The notes: generated by a model from the sequence alone, not told the origin. Counted from the first letter of the stretch, positions 49,351 to 59,998 are shown. The stretch is DNA of 64,000 nucleotides from Spirochaetia bacterium (GCA_963666985.2 CAXXIA010000001.1:1216001-1280000), one strand, 5' to 3'. A program made the numbers and translations.

Positions 49351-50967
49351 TCATGATCCATTCAGCATCTTGAAGTTCTTTTTATTCGAAGCGTAAAGAC
49401 TTTTAAAAACCCGATAGTTTTTCCTATAAGCGTCTTTCAAAGAAGCATCCGGTTTGAAAGTATCTTCGGTTTCAAGATAATCGGCGGCATGTTCCAGACT
49501 CTCTATGGCGCCAAGCCCCACGCCCATGGTAATCGCCGCCCCGGCGGACCCCGCATGCCTAGGATCGGTCAAACGTCTGACCGGACGTTCCAGAATGTCC
49601 GAAAGCATCTGGGCTATAACGGGCGAAAGCGCTCCTCCGCCGACAAAGGCGATTTCACCCGATACGGGGAAACTCGCTTCGATAGACTCGAAAAGCCACT
49701 TTTGATGAAAGATGATTCCTTCGACAACAGCTCTGACCATGGCGCTCTTTCCGGTATCCAGAGAAAGATTAAAAAAGAGTCCCCGAGCGGCCGGATCCTC
49801 AAAAGGAGCCCGATTCCCGTGAAGCCAGGGTGTAAAAATCACCCCCTCGGCTCCCGCCGGAACCGTGCCGATCGTATCGATGAGAAAGTCATAAAGATTT
49901 TCATAAGCCGATTCGGGTCCGATTGCCGGATGCGATCCCAAATAAAGATCTATTTCATCCAAAGCCAGATGATCCCGAACCCATTCCAAACATTTTCCGG
50001 CGGTCTCCTGCTCGGCGAAATACAGGTATCGGTCGTGCTGAGCGCCGGTTATGGAGGCTATACGCCGACCCACGTCAACCTTGAATCGATCCACGGTTAA
50101 AGAAACCCAGCCCGATGTTCCCGTATAAACATAGGCATCACCTGTGCGTGTGGCGCCCGCTCCCACACTGATCATGGAAGCATCCCCGCCCCCGCCGAAT
50201 ACCGGCGTTCCGGGAAGCAAACCCAGTTCCGAAGCGGCCTCGGAAGTTAATCCACCCACCCTATCGGTGGAAGCGACAATCTTCGGCATATGCTTAGGGT
50301 TCACCCCGTACATTTTCAGCAAAGCCGGACTCCACGCGCGATGATTCGCCTTCTTGGCGGTAAGAAAAGTCGCGAAAGCCGAATCGGCCGTCATGGTGCA
50401 GATGCCGGTGGCACGAGCGATAAGATAATCCTTCACATCGAACCACTTGTAGGTCTCGGCGAACACCTCCGGCTCGTTTTCTTTTACCCAGAGGTACTTC
50501 CAAACAGGATCTTTCACGCTGGCGGAAATCGCGCCGTTGATGATCAAGCTTTTCATCAATTTGGGGGCGTTCATGCCCTCGATCCGCAGCCCCCGTTCCA
50601 GAATCCGAGCTTTCTGATTACCCGAACGCTGATCCATATAGCTCATGGCCGGCCGCAGAGCCTTCAAATCCTTATCCACCAGGACAAGCCCCTGCATCTG
50701 GGCACTGAAGGAAATCCCGGCTATGGGAAGCCCTCCCGTTCGTTCCATAACGGTCCGCGTCGTCTCGGACATGGCGCGCCACCAGTCGTCGGGATTCTGT
50801 TCGATGCCGTTACTTCCGACACTTATGAGTTCATACTCGGCAAGCTCGCCGTCAATAAAGGTCAGTCTGTCGTCCAGCCGGTAAAGACAGGTTTTACAGC
50901 CTGTCGATCCGATGTCATAACTCATCAGGAACAGAGGTTCCGCGCGCTTTTCCATGGAGCCGTTCAT
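49351..50967 (-). CDS. FGGY family carbohydrate kinase (xylulokinase-like)
   Basis: DIGSTGCK, EQNPDDWW, GGGD, GTSGW, RAVVEG, VGGGA. Confidence 0.92.
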   Translation of the reverse strand: MNGSMEKRAEPLFLMSYDIGSTGCKTCLYRLDDRLTFIDGELAEYELISVGSNGIEQNPDDWWRAMSETTRTVMERTGGLPIAGISFSAQMQGLVLVDKDLKALRPAMSYMDQRSGNQKARILERGLRIEGMNAPKLMKSLIINGAISASVKDPVWKYLWVKENEPEVFAETYKWFDVKDYLIARATGICTMTADSAFATFLTAKKANHRAWSPALLKMYGVNPKHMPKIVASTDRVGGLTSEAASELGLLPGTPVFGGGGDASMISVGAGATRTGDAYVYTGTSGWVSLTVDRFKVDVGRRIASITGAQHDRYLYFAEQETAGKCLEWVRDHLALDEIDLYLGSHPAIGPESAYENLYDFLIDTIGTVPAGAEGVIFTPWLHGNRAPFEDPAARGLFFNLSLDTGKSAMVRAVVEGIIFHQKWLFESIEASFPVSGEIAFVGGGALSPVIAQMLSDILERPVRRLTDPRHAGSAGAAITMGVGLGAIESLEHAADYLETEDTFKPDASLKDAYRKNYRVFKSLYASNKKNFKMLNGS

Positions 50968-51632
50968 CCGATAATCCCCAGTGCCCGGCGAAGAAACGCA
51001 ACCATTTGTTCTTTCAGAAACGCTTCATCCGATGCTTTTTCTTTTCCAAGATAAATTTCCATCCGGTCCTTCCAATATTCGGAACTTAAAGAAAACTGGA
51101 GAGTCAAAAACAGATTGTCCATAAAAAACGCGGACATTTTTTCATCGCAAAACGACTCTATAAGATTTTCTTCTCTCGCCTGACTTAAAAGCGACGAATA
51201 AGCGTCCGCCGTAATGGTTTCCAGGCGGCCTGCGAGACTCCGGGCCAATTCACTGTTGCTCTCCGATGTAAACCGACAGTAAAGACGGTTCATCAGAGGA
51301 TAGATTCGCGTCGCTTCGAAAACAGCATCAACGATTCCGGAGATTTTGCCGACCAGGGACAAATCCGAAGACAAAATGGGACCTAAAGCTTTGTCGATCA
51401 GAGTAAATCCCCGATTCACAACCTCAAGGTAAAGATGCTTTTTGGATTCGAAGTATTTATAAAGAGATCCGACGCTCACACCCGCATTCTCCGCGATGAT
51501 GTTGATGTTGGCCGCGGAAAATCCTTTGTCGGCGAATTCTTCGGCCGCCGCATTTAAGATTCTGATCTGTTTTTCCTCGTCGATTCGTTCAAAAACATCT
51601 TTATGAAAAATCCGGATTTCATCCACACTCAT
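50964..51632 (-). CDS. TetR/AcrR family transcriptional regulator
   Basis: RILNAA.EEFA.KGF..A.IN.IA..AGVSVGSLYKYF.SK. Confidence 0.93.
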   Translation of the reverse strand: MSVDEIRIFHKDVFERIDEEKQIRILNAAAEEFADKGFSAANINIIAENAGVSVGSLYKYFESKKHLYLEVVNRGFTLIDKALGPILSSDLSLVGKISGIVDAVFEATRIYPLMNRLYCRFTSESNSELARSLAGRLETITADAYSSLLSQAREENLIESFCDEKMSAFFMDNLFLTLQFSLSSEYWKDRMEIYLGKEKASDEAFLKEQMVAFLRRALGIIG

Positions 51633-52799
51633 TTAAGCCGCCTTTTTGCTGTACTTCATCAAATAAATGAGCCTCATCATCCGGCTTTCAACGGGGCTGA
51701 TGCGGCGGCCCGAACCGAGAATCGCCGTTTCAACGGCGGCACGGCATCCCTTTTCGGCCACAAGCCCCACGGCCCGAGAATCCGATTCGCTTTCGCCTAT
51801 GCAAATACAGCCCAATCCCTGAACAAGGACGGCGCTGCGGCGCTTTAAGATTTTCAAAATACGGCCCTCATCGTTTCCATTTCCTATTTCCGCTACGGGA
51901 AGAGAAGGACCGATCAGCTGAGCAAAATCATCAAGATAAGGTTTAACGGTTCCTCCGCGCCAAGATGCGGCCAGAACATACGGCGTTTTGGTGGTCGATA
52001 CAACCGTTCCAGGCAGATTTTTCCGAATGGTGTCCAAGAGTCCTTCGACGGCCGTTTCATCCAAAAGCGACTTATTCGCCGGCACCCCCGTAAACGTTTC
52101 GAGCGCCCTTGAACGGATCATTTCCTCATCTTCGCCGAATTCGCTCTCTGACTCAGACGCACCGATCCGCTTCCGAAAACCTGCGATGATTACTTTCTCC
52201 GCCGCGTTCTCCAGTTCCATCGCCGTCAGCAGAGCCTGCTCGATATCAACGCCGAAACAGACGGTACCATGATTGGAAAGAAGCAAAGCCTTGATGTCCT
52301 CGCCCTTTTTCCCGATGGTTTTCTCCACGGCTTTGGCCAATTTTTTCGTCGTCGGAAGAGCATAAGGCACGCACGGAACCGAAGAGCCGGGCCCGAAACC
52401 TGTTAAGGCCGTCATCTTATCGGCCCCCTCGTCTTGTACGCCTTCGGTTCTTTTACCGGCCGGCACCGTGAATCCTTTCCTCGCCGCGGAAAGAGAAGAG
52501 GCGGCCGGCTGATGGGTATGAACCACCGCGCCCACATCGGATCTGTTCCGATACACCCGAGCGTGAAGTTCCTTTTCGGAGGAAGGTTTCAGCAGTCCTT
52601 CCCAAGATAAATCCTCTAAGCGAACAATCGCCAAATCCTCCGGTGCCAGCGTTTCGTAATTTCGCCCCGACGGCGTGATGAGAAAGCGCTCCGCATCCAG
52701 ACGGATGCTCAAGTTTCCCCAGGTCCGGGCCACGAGCCCTTTGCTCAGGAGTTCCTTACCGGCCCGAACCAGCACCTCGCGCTGTGCGGTGAATTCCAT
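51633..52799 (-). CDS. Class II aldolase/adducin family protein with a second, degenerate domain
   Basis: GNLS.R, ITPSG, PSSE..LH, VHTH, NHG metal ligands. The C-terminal half lacks the His ligands. Confidence 0.88.
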   Translation of the reverse strand: MEFTAQREVLVRAGKELLSKGLVARTWGNLSIRLDAERFLITPSGRNYETLAPEDLAIVRLEDLSWEGLLKPSSEKELHARVYRNRSDVGAVVHTHQPAASSLSAARKGFTVPAGKRTEGVQDEGADKMTALTGFGPGSSVPCVPYALPTTKKLAKAVEKTIGKKGEDIKALLLSNHGTVCFGVDIEQALLTAMELENAAEKVIIAGFRKRIGASESESEFGEDEEMIRSRALETFTGVPANKSLLDETAVEGLLDTIRKNLPGTVVSTTKTPYVLAASWRGGTVKPYLDDFAQLIGPSLPVAEIGNGNDEGRILKILKRRSAVLVQGLGCICIGESESDSRAVGLVAEKGCRAAVETAILGSGRRISPVESRMMRLIYLMKYSKKAA

Positions 52800-54367
52800 C
52801 AGCGAGATCCTCCGTCGGAGCTGCGGGAAGCACCGGAGAGAACATCGTCCGCCGCTTTGGACGTTCCAGCCGCAGCAAACGCCGCGGCGCAGGCGGCGGC
52901 ATCCACGCCTTCGACATTCCGGAACACCCGCTCGAATCGTACAAGCGCCTCATCGATAATCTCATCCGTATCCGCCGCGCTGGTATACAGCCTGCTGCCG
53001 GCCAGAGTCACGATTCCTTCGGCCATGTACGCGGCGCCCATTTCCTCCATAGCGCGTTTTCGGCGATGGGCCTCGGAGATAACGCCTTTTATGGTCCAGA
53101 ATTTCGTAAAATCAATCTTGGCCAGCATCGTGGCCACCGTCTCCAGATGGCAGATAGACCCCTGATTGAACGCCACGAAGGGCAAATCATATTTCTTTAT
53201 CAGCTTCCGCAGTCCGGCGGTCAGCCGATCACCGGCGGCTCCGGCCTTGGCGCAGGCATTGGTCTCGGCAATAGCCTTGAGCGTCCAGTAACCGGCCGCG
53301 GAACTTAAAGGATTCGCCGCCATGGTTCCTCCCACCAGGGCTTTCTTCTGACCGCCGCCCTTAATCCCCGCGGCCAAGAATCTCATGTATTCGTCTTTTC
53401 CGCCCAAACCGCCCGCCGACGGATATCCGCCCGCGACGACCTTGCCGAACACCGTCAAATCGGGCACAACGCCGAAAAATCCCTGAGCCCCGCTCATGCC
53501 CACGCGGAAAGCGGTCACCACCTCATCGAAAATCAAAAGAGCCCCGTATCGATCGCAAAGAGATCTCACCCCCGCGTTGAAATCAAAATCCAGCGGACGC
53601 GTTCCGCTCTCGGGCCCCAAAGGCTCAATCAGCACCGCCGCGGTTCCTCCGCGCAGCGTGTTCCGGCGAAGCACCCGCTCCAGGCTTCCCAAATCGTTGG
53701 GAGCAAACTCCTGCGTATTTTTGAAAATCCGCGCGGGAACGCCCTTGGCCTCAAAATGACGCGAACCGGCAAGACGAATACCGTAAGCCAGCTGATCGCT
53801 CCAGCCGTGATACGCCCCGCCCATTTTCACGATGTTTTTCTTTTTCGTCGCGAGTCTGGCCACGCGGATCGCGGCCATGCAGGATTCGGTTCCGCTGCCC
53901 AGCATCCGAAACTTATCCACGCTCGGAACATGCTTAATAATCATCTCGGCCAGCTTCATCTCATACTCATGGAAAAGCCCCGTGGACGGTCCGGTCGTTT
54001 CCAGAAGCTCCTTCACCTTGGCCAGAATCTCCGGCGGATTGCTTCCGAGCACCGTCGGCCCCCCGGCCTGAAGAAAATCGATGTAGCCATTCCCGTCCAA
54101 ATCCTCCAGATAAGCGCCCTTCGCCTTCGTGAAAACCAAAGGAAAAGGATGATTGAACGCCAAATTGTGCTGAACGCCGCCCGGAATCACATCCATGGCC
54201 CGACCGATCATCTCCTTCGATTTGGAGCATTTCCCCTCGAAATAATCCTTCTCGTATGCTTCGAGAGCATCGCGCCTGATGGACCGAATAGGACTGTTCA
54301 AAAGGGCGAACAGATCCTTATACAAAGGTTTGGTATCGTGATAATTCTTTATAGCGAATTCGTTCAT
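52799..54367 (-). CDS. Class III PLP aminotransferase (GSA-aminomutase-like)
   Basis: SGTES, YHG, LIFDEVVTAFR, FGKVVAGGYP, GTMAANP. Confidence 0.9.
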   Translation of the reverse strand: MNEFAIKNYHDTKPLYKDLFALLNSPIRSIRRDALEAYEKDYFEGKCSKSKEMIGRAMDVIPGGVQHNLAFNHPFPLVFTKAKGAYLEDLDGNGYIDFLQAGGPTVLGSNPPEILAKVKELLETTGPSTGLFHEYEMKLAEMIIKHVPSVDKFRMLGSGTESCMAAIRVARLATKKKNIVKMGGAYHGWSDQLAYGIRLAGSRHFEAKGVPARIFKNTQEFAPNDLGSLERVLRRNTLRGGTAAVLIEPLGPESGTRPLDFDFNAGVRSLCDRYGALLIFDEVVTAFRVGMSGAQGFFGVVPDLTVFGKVVAGGYPSAGGLGGKDEYMRFLAAGIKGGGQKKALVGGTMAANPLSSAAGYWTLKAIAETNACAKAGAAGDRLTAGLRKLIKKYDLPFVAFNQGSICHLETVATMLAKIDFTKFWTIKGVISEAHRRKRAMEEMGAAYMAEGIVTLAGSRLYTSAADTDEIIDEALVRFERVFRNVEGVDAAACAAAFAAAGTSKAADDVLSGASRSSDGGSR

Positions 54368-54422
54368 GCTTCACTCCTTATTTTTTGCGCCCTTCACTCA
54401 CGCTTGAAGGCCTCAAGCTCGG

Positions 54423-54476
54423 TGAGTGAATACTCACTCATCAACAAAGTTTATCTCATTGCGAACGCGAACACAA
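54423..54476 (-). promoter_or_regulatory. Promoter TTGTGT-17-TAAACT with palindromic operator TGAGTGA-N4-TCACTCA at the predicted start site
   Basis: Perfect 7-bp inverted repeat at 54423-54440, 7 nt downstream of the -10 (54448-54453). Confidence 0.72.
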
Positions 54477-54617
54477 GTTATAAGTTGACCCCTAAAAGCC
54501 CGCCGGCCGCATCATCTCCTCCGCCAAAGGCGCCCCCCGCCGATTTCGGGCGAAGCCCATGCCCTGAAGAATCACCATGAAAAAGAACAATGAGAATCCG
54601 CACCGGAAAAACCCGGT

Positions 54618-55958
54618 CTATCTCCTCTCCGGCCTTTCGGAAACTTCAAACCGCCTGAAAACCGCATCATTCCGCCGGACTCGCCGCGGAACCTCAACGG
54701 TAACGCTCATCCCCTTCTCGCCGCGCTGCGCGGGAACACCATCCACCCTCAAAGACTCGGCGGTAAGTTCCACATTGCCGCTGGTGGGCCCCTGAATCAG
54801 TAATTCATCTTTCTCGCCGATGCAGGCACTTTGAATCAGAATCTCGGCCACCTTCTTTTGAGCAAAATAATTCACGACAATACCGACCGATTCTTTTCGC
54901 TTAACCGCCTGACTGTCCGGCCGACCGGTCCAATCGCCGACGGGCCGGCCCATATAAAAACCGGCGGAAAAATCACGATTGAACACCGTCCGCATTCTCT
55001 CGGTCAGGTCCCTTTTCAGCTCTTCAAACTCGGCGCGTTTATCGCTCCCGGCACCGTCCGGCCAAGCACTTCCCTCTTTCCGAGCAATATGTTCCAACCA
55101 GAAATCCATGGCCCGCCGGTAGGATGAAGTGACAATGGACACATATTCCGGATTGCGCATCCGCCCCTCTATCTTCAGGCAGGCCGCGCCGGATTCCAGA
55201 ATCTTCTCCAAAAAAGGCATCGTGCAGAGATCCTTCGGACTCATCACGTAATCTTGGCCCATTTCGTATTCGTATTCGCCCTCAACATCGATAATGCGGT
55301 ACTTCCGCCTGCAGGGCTGCAGACAAGCCCCCCGGTTCGCGGAGTCACCGCTCACCGCTTCGGAGAGAAAACACCTGCCGCTCACCGAAACGCACATGGC
55401 GCCGTGGATAAACAGTTCCAGCTCAACGGACTCCGACCGGCCTCCAAGATCATCCCGAAGATGCGCCCGGATCGACGAAAGATCATCAAGAGAACATTCC
55501 CGAGCCAAAACGAAACGCCGGATTCCATCTTTTCGAAAGCGCGCCGCAATACTTCGCGAATTGCTCACCGAGGCTTGAGTGGACAAATGAACATCCAAAC
55601 CCCGCTCCCGCGCCCCGGCAATCACCGCGTCATCCCAGCAGATAATCGCGTCCACTCCGGCATCGAAGGCCTTATCCAGAACGTCATCCAGAATCCCGAG
55701 CTCTTTCTCATAAACAATGGTATTCAGCGTCAGATAGGAACGGACGCCCCTCTTTCGGCACCGAGATACAATACGCGGTAAATCTTCAGGAACGAAATTC
55801 CCGGCGCGCGCGCGCATATTGAACGAAGTAACACCGAAATAGACGGCGTCGGCGCCGGAATCCAGCGCCGCGGAAAGACATATCTCATCGCCGGCCGGAG
55901 CCAGGAGTTCGGGAAGAGAGTGAAAAGGAACCGGGATTGAATTGTTTTGACTGGACAT
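54618..55958 (-). CDS. Peptidase U32 family protein (TrhP/RlhA-like RNA hydroxylation)
   Basis: PELLAPAG, GADAVYFG, HLSTQ, HGAMCVSVSGRC, ANRGAC.QPCR, KIEGR. Confidence 0.92.
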   Translation of the reverse strand: MSSQNNSIPVPFHSLPELLAPAGDEICLSAALDSGADAVYFGVTSFNMRARAGNFVPEDLPRIVSRCRKRGVRSYLTLNTIVYEKELGILDDVLDKAFDAGVDAIICWDDAVIAGARERGLDVHLSTQASVSNSRSIAARFRKDGIRRFVLARECSLDDLSSIRAHLRDDLGGRSESVELELFIHGAMCVSVSGRCFLSEAVSGDSANRGACLQPCRRKYRIIDVEGEYEYEMGQDYVMSPKDLCTMPFLEKILESGAACLKIEGRMRNPEYVSIVTSSYRRAMDFWLEHIARKEGSAWPDGAGSDKRAEFEELKRDLTERMRTVFNRDFSAGFYMGRPVGDWTGRPDSQAVKRKESVGIVVNYFAQKKVAEILIQSACIGEKDELLIQGPTSGNVELTAESLRVDGVPAQRGEKGMSVTVEVPRRVRRNDAVFRRFEVSERPERR

Positions 55959-56275
55959 AGCGGCTCATGATGCCACGGACGTGCCGGTTTGCCCAGCTCG
56001 CCCGCTCCGCCGGATATTTTTTAAAAAAGCCGACAACCTGACCGTGAGTTTCGTTTCTTCCTGAAATCCAGCCTGAAGTTCAAAAAAAATTCAGTCGTCG
56101 CCTTGAGTCGTGAGCCTTGCGGTTCTCACCGACAGTACGCCCTTGGTCGATGGGCCGAAGCGAATAAAAAATTCACTTTTTGCCGATGTTCACGGCGTCC
56201 TAATTTCTTATAATTGACAATTTCTGAAAGTGGCTTGTATCATCAAATAATGAAAAAACTTTTTAAAGCGTGTCT

Positions 56276-57463
56276 ATGAAAACAATATCCATAGTCATTT
56301 CTGCCATATTATTCGCCTTTATGATAAGCTGCGGCAACACCTTGATTAACGGCCCCGATCTGAATTCAGATGTTTACTATGACCTTAGCAACTTGACTAT
56401 CGGTTACGGACCCGGGGATTCACAAAGCTGGGTTACCCAGGACCTCACCCTGCCGATTACCGGCGTCAGGGGTAGTGCTATCTCCTGGTCCAGCAATAAT
56501 CCTTCGATAATCGCAAATGACGGCACAGTCACCAGACCCACTGAAGAAAACATGTATGTTCGCCTGACTGCGACAGCGACAAAAGATAATGAATCCTTAA
56601 ATACGAATTTTTTCCAGCGTGTCATCGTCGGCGGTGTCACTGCAATAGCGAAAGACTTGGACGATTTGACGATTACCTACGCCACCGGCGATTCTGCGGA
56701 CAGCGTCACCGATGATATCATTCTTCCGACTGACGGTGCCTATGGATCTACTATTACCTGGACAAGCAGCGCCTCGACTATCATCACTCCCGATGGAGAG
56801 GTAACCCGCCCGAGCCTCAGCAGCGGCAATACTCTCGTTACCCTGACGGCTACCGCATCTCTCGGCTCGAAATCGGACAGTAGAACTTATGAGTTGACAG
56901 TCCTCTGTACTTCAACAGTCTTCCATGAGGATTTCGGTACCGACGGCTTTCTCGATGGATCGACGCCTATCGTTTCCGGTAGCAACTGGAGTGTCAACAG
57001 CGGGAATTCCTTCCCGATTTCCGACGGCGTCCTCGATACTGCCGATGCCTCTTTGACTGGTCACGCAACGGCTAGCGTCCTATTGGACAAGCGCCTCGAA
57101 TCCGGTGAAACCCTGTATCTAACCGTTACTACGGCAGACACTTTCGGCGACGCCTCAACCGACTGGGCCGGAGTGAGCCTGTATGCCGGAACCCAACATT
57201 GCTTTTCCATCGACACGAAGAACGCCGATTATTCGGAAGCCTCTACCACTACCCCCATTGCCGGTTTGAGTAAACTCACCGGAGATGCAGGGACTTTCAA
57301 AATCTCCTACAATTTCAATTCGGGGATCTTTGTCTTCTCGGGTTTTGGGTACTCCGTGGGGTCCGGATTTGAAATCGACAGCATTCGGCTGGAATGTTCC
57401 TATACCGACGAGAGCAATCACTGTAACATCGCCCTGGATGATATCTTTGTGGAGTATCGATAA
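56276..57463 (+). CDS. Ser/Thr-rich lipoprotein with two Ig-like repeats
   Basis: Lipobox MISC; two repeats GDS..VT.D..LP..G..GS.I.W.S...DG.VTRP. Confidence 0.8.
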   Translation: MKTISIVISAILFAFMISCGNTLINGPDLNSDVYYDLSNLTIGYGPGDSQSWVTQDLTLPITGVRGSAISWSSNNPSIIANDGTVTRPTEENMYVRLTATATKDNESLNTNFFQRVIVGGVTAIAKDLDDLTITYATGDSADSVTDDIILPTDGAYGSTITWTSSASTIITPDGEVTRPSLSSGNTLVTLTATASLGSKSDSRTYELTVLCTSTVFHEDFGTDGFLDGSTPIVSGSNWSVNSGNSFPISDGVLDTADASLTGHATASVLLDKRLESGETLYLTVTTADTFGDASTDWAGVSLYAGTQHCFSIDTKNADYSEASTTTPIAGLSKLTGDAGTFKISYNFNSGIFVFSGFGYSVGSGFEIDSIRLECSYTDESNHCNIALDDIFVEYR

Positions 57464-58630
57464 CTCGACGGAATCCAAAGGTGCCATTTCGACCATCTTC
57501 GAACCGCGGCCAGGGTCTATCGCGGCGAAACCGAATCACGGCTAAATATTGATGTGAAGGTAAGTCCCCCGGCGGTGGAGCTCAGCTGATTGAGATAGTA
57601 TTGATGCCACCCGACCGGTTGCCCGTGGCTCTTCCGAAGTCGGCGAGGCCCAATACGGCAAGTTCCATCATGGGCGTCTGTGATGGTGTCCTCAACCAGA
57701 ACCGATCCCACTTGATAAGGCGCCGGGTTAAACGGTCAATCCCCCTGCCAGAGATGATACCAAGCGTTCAGAAGCGGGATCAATTCATCGGTGGCTTTTT
57801 GATGTCCTTCGGAACTCGGATGATCGTCGCCGGTGGGGTAGTAGAGTTCGTCGGGATTCACCCCGTCTATGGGATCTCCTGAGACAATGTCCGTTTCCCG
57901 TCCCGTGGAGTCGTCTATCCAATGATGATTGCGCGGATCGGTCAGGATATTGTAGTAATCGAAGACATAAACGTTCTTTTGGGGATAATCGGCAAGCCAT
58001 CCCGAATCCCGGTCCGCCAGCCAGCGGGACAGTTCCCGCGTGAGCGAAGCGCTGCTGATGACGCTTTCAGGCGGCGGAATCACCAGGATGAACATTTTAT
58101 CCGTATGATCTTCAAAATAATCCAGAAGACCGTTGTAGATGCTCATCTCATCGCTGATGGAATTCCCCACTTCACTGTTGGGATAACAGGATTTGAACAT
58201 CACGATATCCACTTCCCCGCCGGGATTGGGGATGGTGTCCGAATTGGTGTAATCATAATGATAATCATTTGCATAAACGGAAGGCATGACCGTATCGGTA
58301 AACCAAGTCGGCCAATCGCCGGTGTCGGTATAACTGCCGATATTATCGCCTCCTGAGTTTTCCTCGGAACCAGTCGTGCTGTAATCCCAATAGTAATCGG
58401 TCTCCACAACATAGTAATTATTCTCATTCAATTCCGAGCCCAGATTCCCATTGCCCGTGGCGATCCACGCGCTTCCCGTGCTGTGGTGAATAAAACAGAT
58501 CTTCACGCCCTCATCCAAAGAAGGCGCCGAGGTATCCGGAACATAGCTGTAGCGAATAATATCGTCCGCACCCGTATTTGAAGGACAGCCGGTTAACAGC
58601 GGGGCGAGAACCGCGAGAACGATGGGATTA

Positions 58631-59998
58631 TGAGCGACCAGGACATCCTTTACATTTTAGGTTCAGGACATCGTTTACACAAAACAAGCTTAAACGAAGC
58701 ATTTGAATCCATCAACTGAAGGGAGAAAGGCATAGGTTTTCAAATCAATTTCTCCCAATCTGAGATTGTCAAACCATACGGTGAAGCTCTCATCCTCATT
58801 CTCCCGAAGTCCAACTTGGTATCCTGAAAAGACATAACTGACAAAGACTCTATGCCTGTCGATAGTAACGGCTCCCCGATTATTCACCATTCTCACCAGA
58901 TACCCGGCCGGGTAGATCACCTGAGGGATTCGAGGAGGGAAAGGCCGATTGGACTTTGTGTAAATACTTCCGGGAGTCTGCATTTTGAGAGCTTCATGCG
59001 GACGAACACTGTTGAATTGATTTCTCCAAACATCAAAGTGTGCCTGATGTTCTGAGAGGTTCCCTTGAATCTGTCCCTGCAATTCGCGTTTGATATCGGC
59101 ATGCATTCTTTCATGCCCTCCGTTTTCACAAGGCCTTCCTGGAGTGATGCGATCAAGTTCAATTCCCAAGGCCAGCCACCAAACACTTAAGCGGGTGAGT
59201 CCGAGTAATCCCTTCATGGAAGCAAAGGGTGGTCCGTTATCGGAGCGGATTACCCGAGGGATTCCATAGAGAGAAAAGAGCTTTTCGAACTCTGTTCTAA
59301 CTTCTTGTGTGTCAGCCTTTTGGAGAGCTTTGATGGTGAAGATGTATTTGGAGTATTCATCCCGAACCGTCAGAGGTTCACACTTTTCATTATCGGGAGT
59401 GTACCACCATCCTTTGAAGTCGACCGTCCAGATATCATTAGGGGCTTTGGCCTGCAGATGTGTTTGGATTCGGCTGCCTTTGGTCTGCTGCCGTTTCTTT
59501 CGATGATGAACCAGTCCTGCTTTATCAAGGATGCGTTTGACGGTGGTGAGGCTTGGGGGATTATTATGAGGATGGGTCTTCTGGTAGATCTCGAGAATCT
59601 TTTTTGGCCCCCAGCTGGAGTTGTGCAACGTCTTGATCCGGATAATACCGCATATAACGTCTTCAGGCGTTTGGTTGGGGCTGCTGCGAGGTCTACGGGG
59701 TCGTTCCTTCAACCCGGCGAGCCCTTCCTGGATAAACCGGTTTTTCCATTTAAGGCCTGTCGGCCGGGAGATCCCGTACTCAGCACAGAGGTCTTTCATA
59801 CAGACATGGGGATCCATGGCCTTGAGGGCGAACTCGAATTTGACGTCCATAATATTGGTCTCCTTCCACGGCATAACCAGCACCTCGATAAGGGAAAGTG
59901 CTGATCATTTTAGTTCTTGTCGTGTAAAGGATGTCCTGGTACTCTCGTGTAAAGGATGTCCTGGTACTCTCGTGTAAACGATGTCCTGAACCCGTACC
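58631..59998 (-). mobile_element. IS481-family insertion sequence (~1.37 kb)
   Basis: ATTA duplicated at 58627-58630 and 59999-60002. Repeated CAGGACATC(C/G)TTTACA boxes in inverted orientation at the two ends (2 left, 3 right). Single transposase. Confidence 0.9.
58690..59874 (-). CDS. IS481 family transposase (HTH + rve DDE)
   Basis: MPWKE start, LC.EYGISR.TG.KW, W.VDFKG, IRSDNG, NG.HER.H, RPHEAL. Confidence 0.93.
   Translation of the reverse strand: MPWKETNIMDVKFEFALKAMDPHVCMKDLCAEYGISRPTGLKWKNRFIQEGLAGLKERPRRPRSSPNQTPEDVICGIIRIKTLHNSSWGPKKILEIYQKTHPHNNPPSLTTVKRILDKAGLVHHRKKRQQTKGSRIQTHLQAKAPNDIWTVDFKGWWYTPDNEKCEPLTVRDEYSKYIFTIKALQKADTQEVRTEFEKLFSLYGIPRVIRSDNGPPFASMKGLLGLTRLSVWWLALGIELDRITPGRPCENGGHERMHADIKRELQGQIQGNLSEHQAHFDVWRNQFNSVRPHEALKMQTPGSIYTKSNRPFPPRIPQVIYPAGYLVRMVNNRGAVTIDRHRVFVSYVFSGYQVGLRENEDESFTVWFDNLRLGEIDLKTYAFLPSVDGFKCFV

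Noticed and set aside
52799..54367. Calling the aminotransferase hemL
   Set aside because: It is longer and divergent, in a catabolic operon context, with no tetrapyrrole genes nearby.
59921..59998. 25-bp tandem repeats as a CRISPR array or iterons
   Set aside because: No spacers and no cas or rep genes; inverted copies at the other IS end show they are IS terminal boxes.
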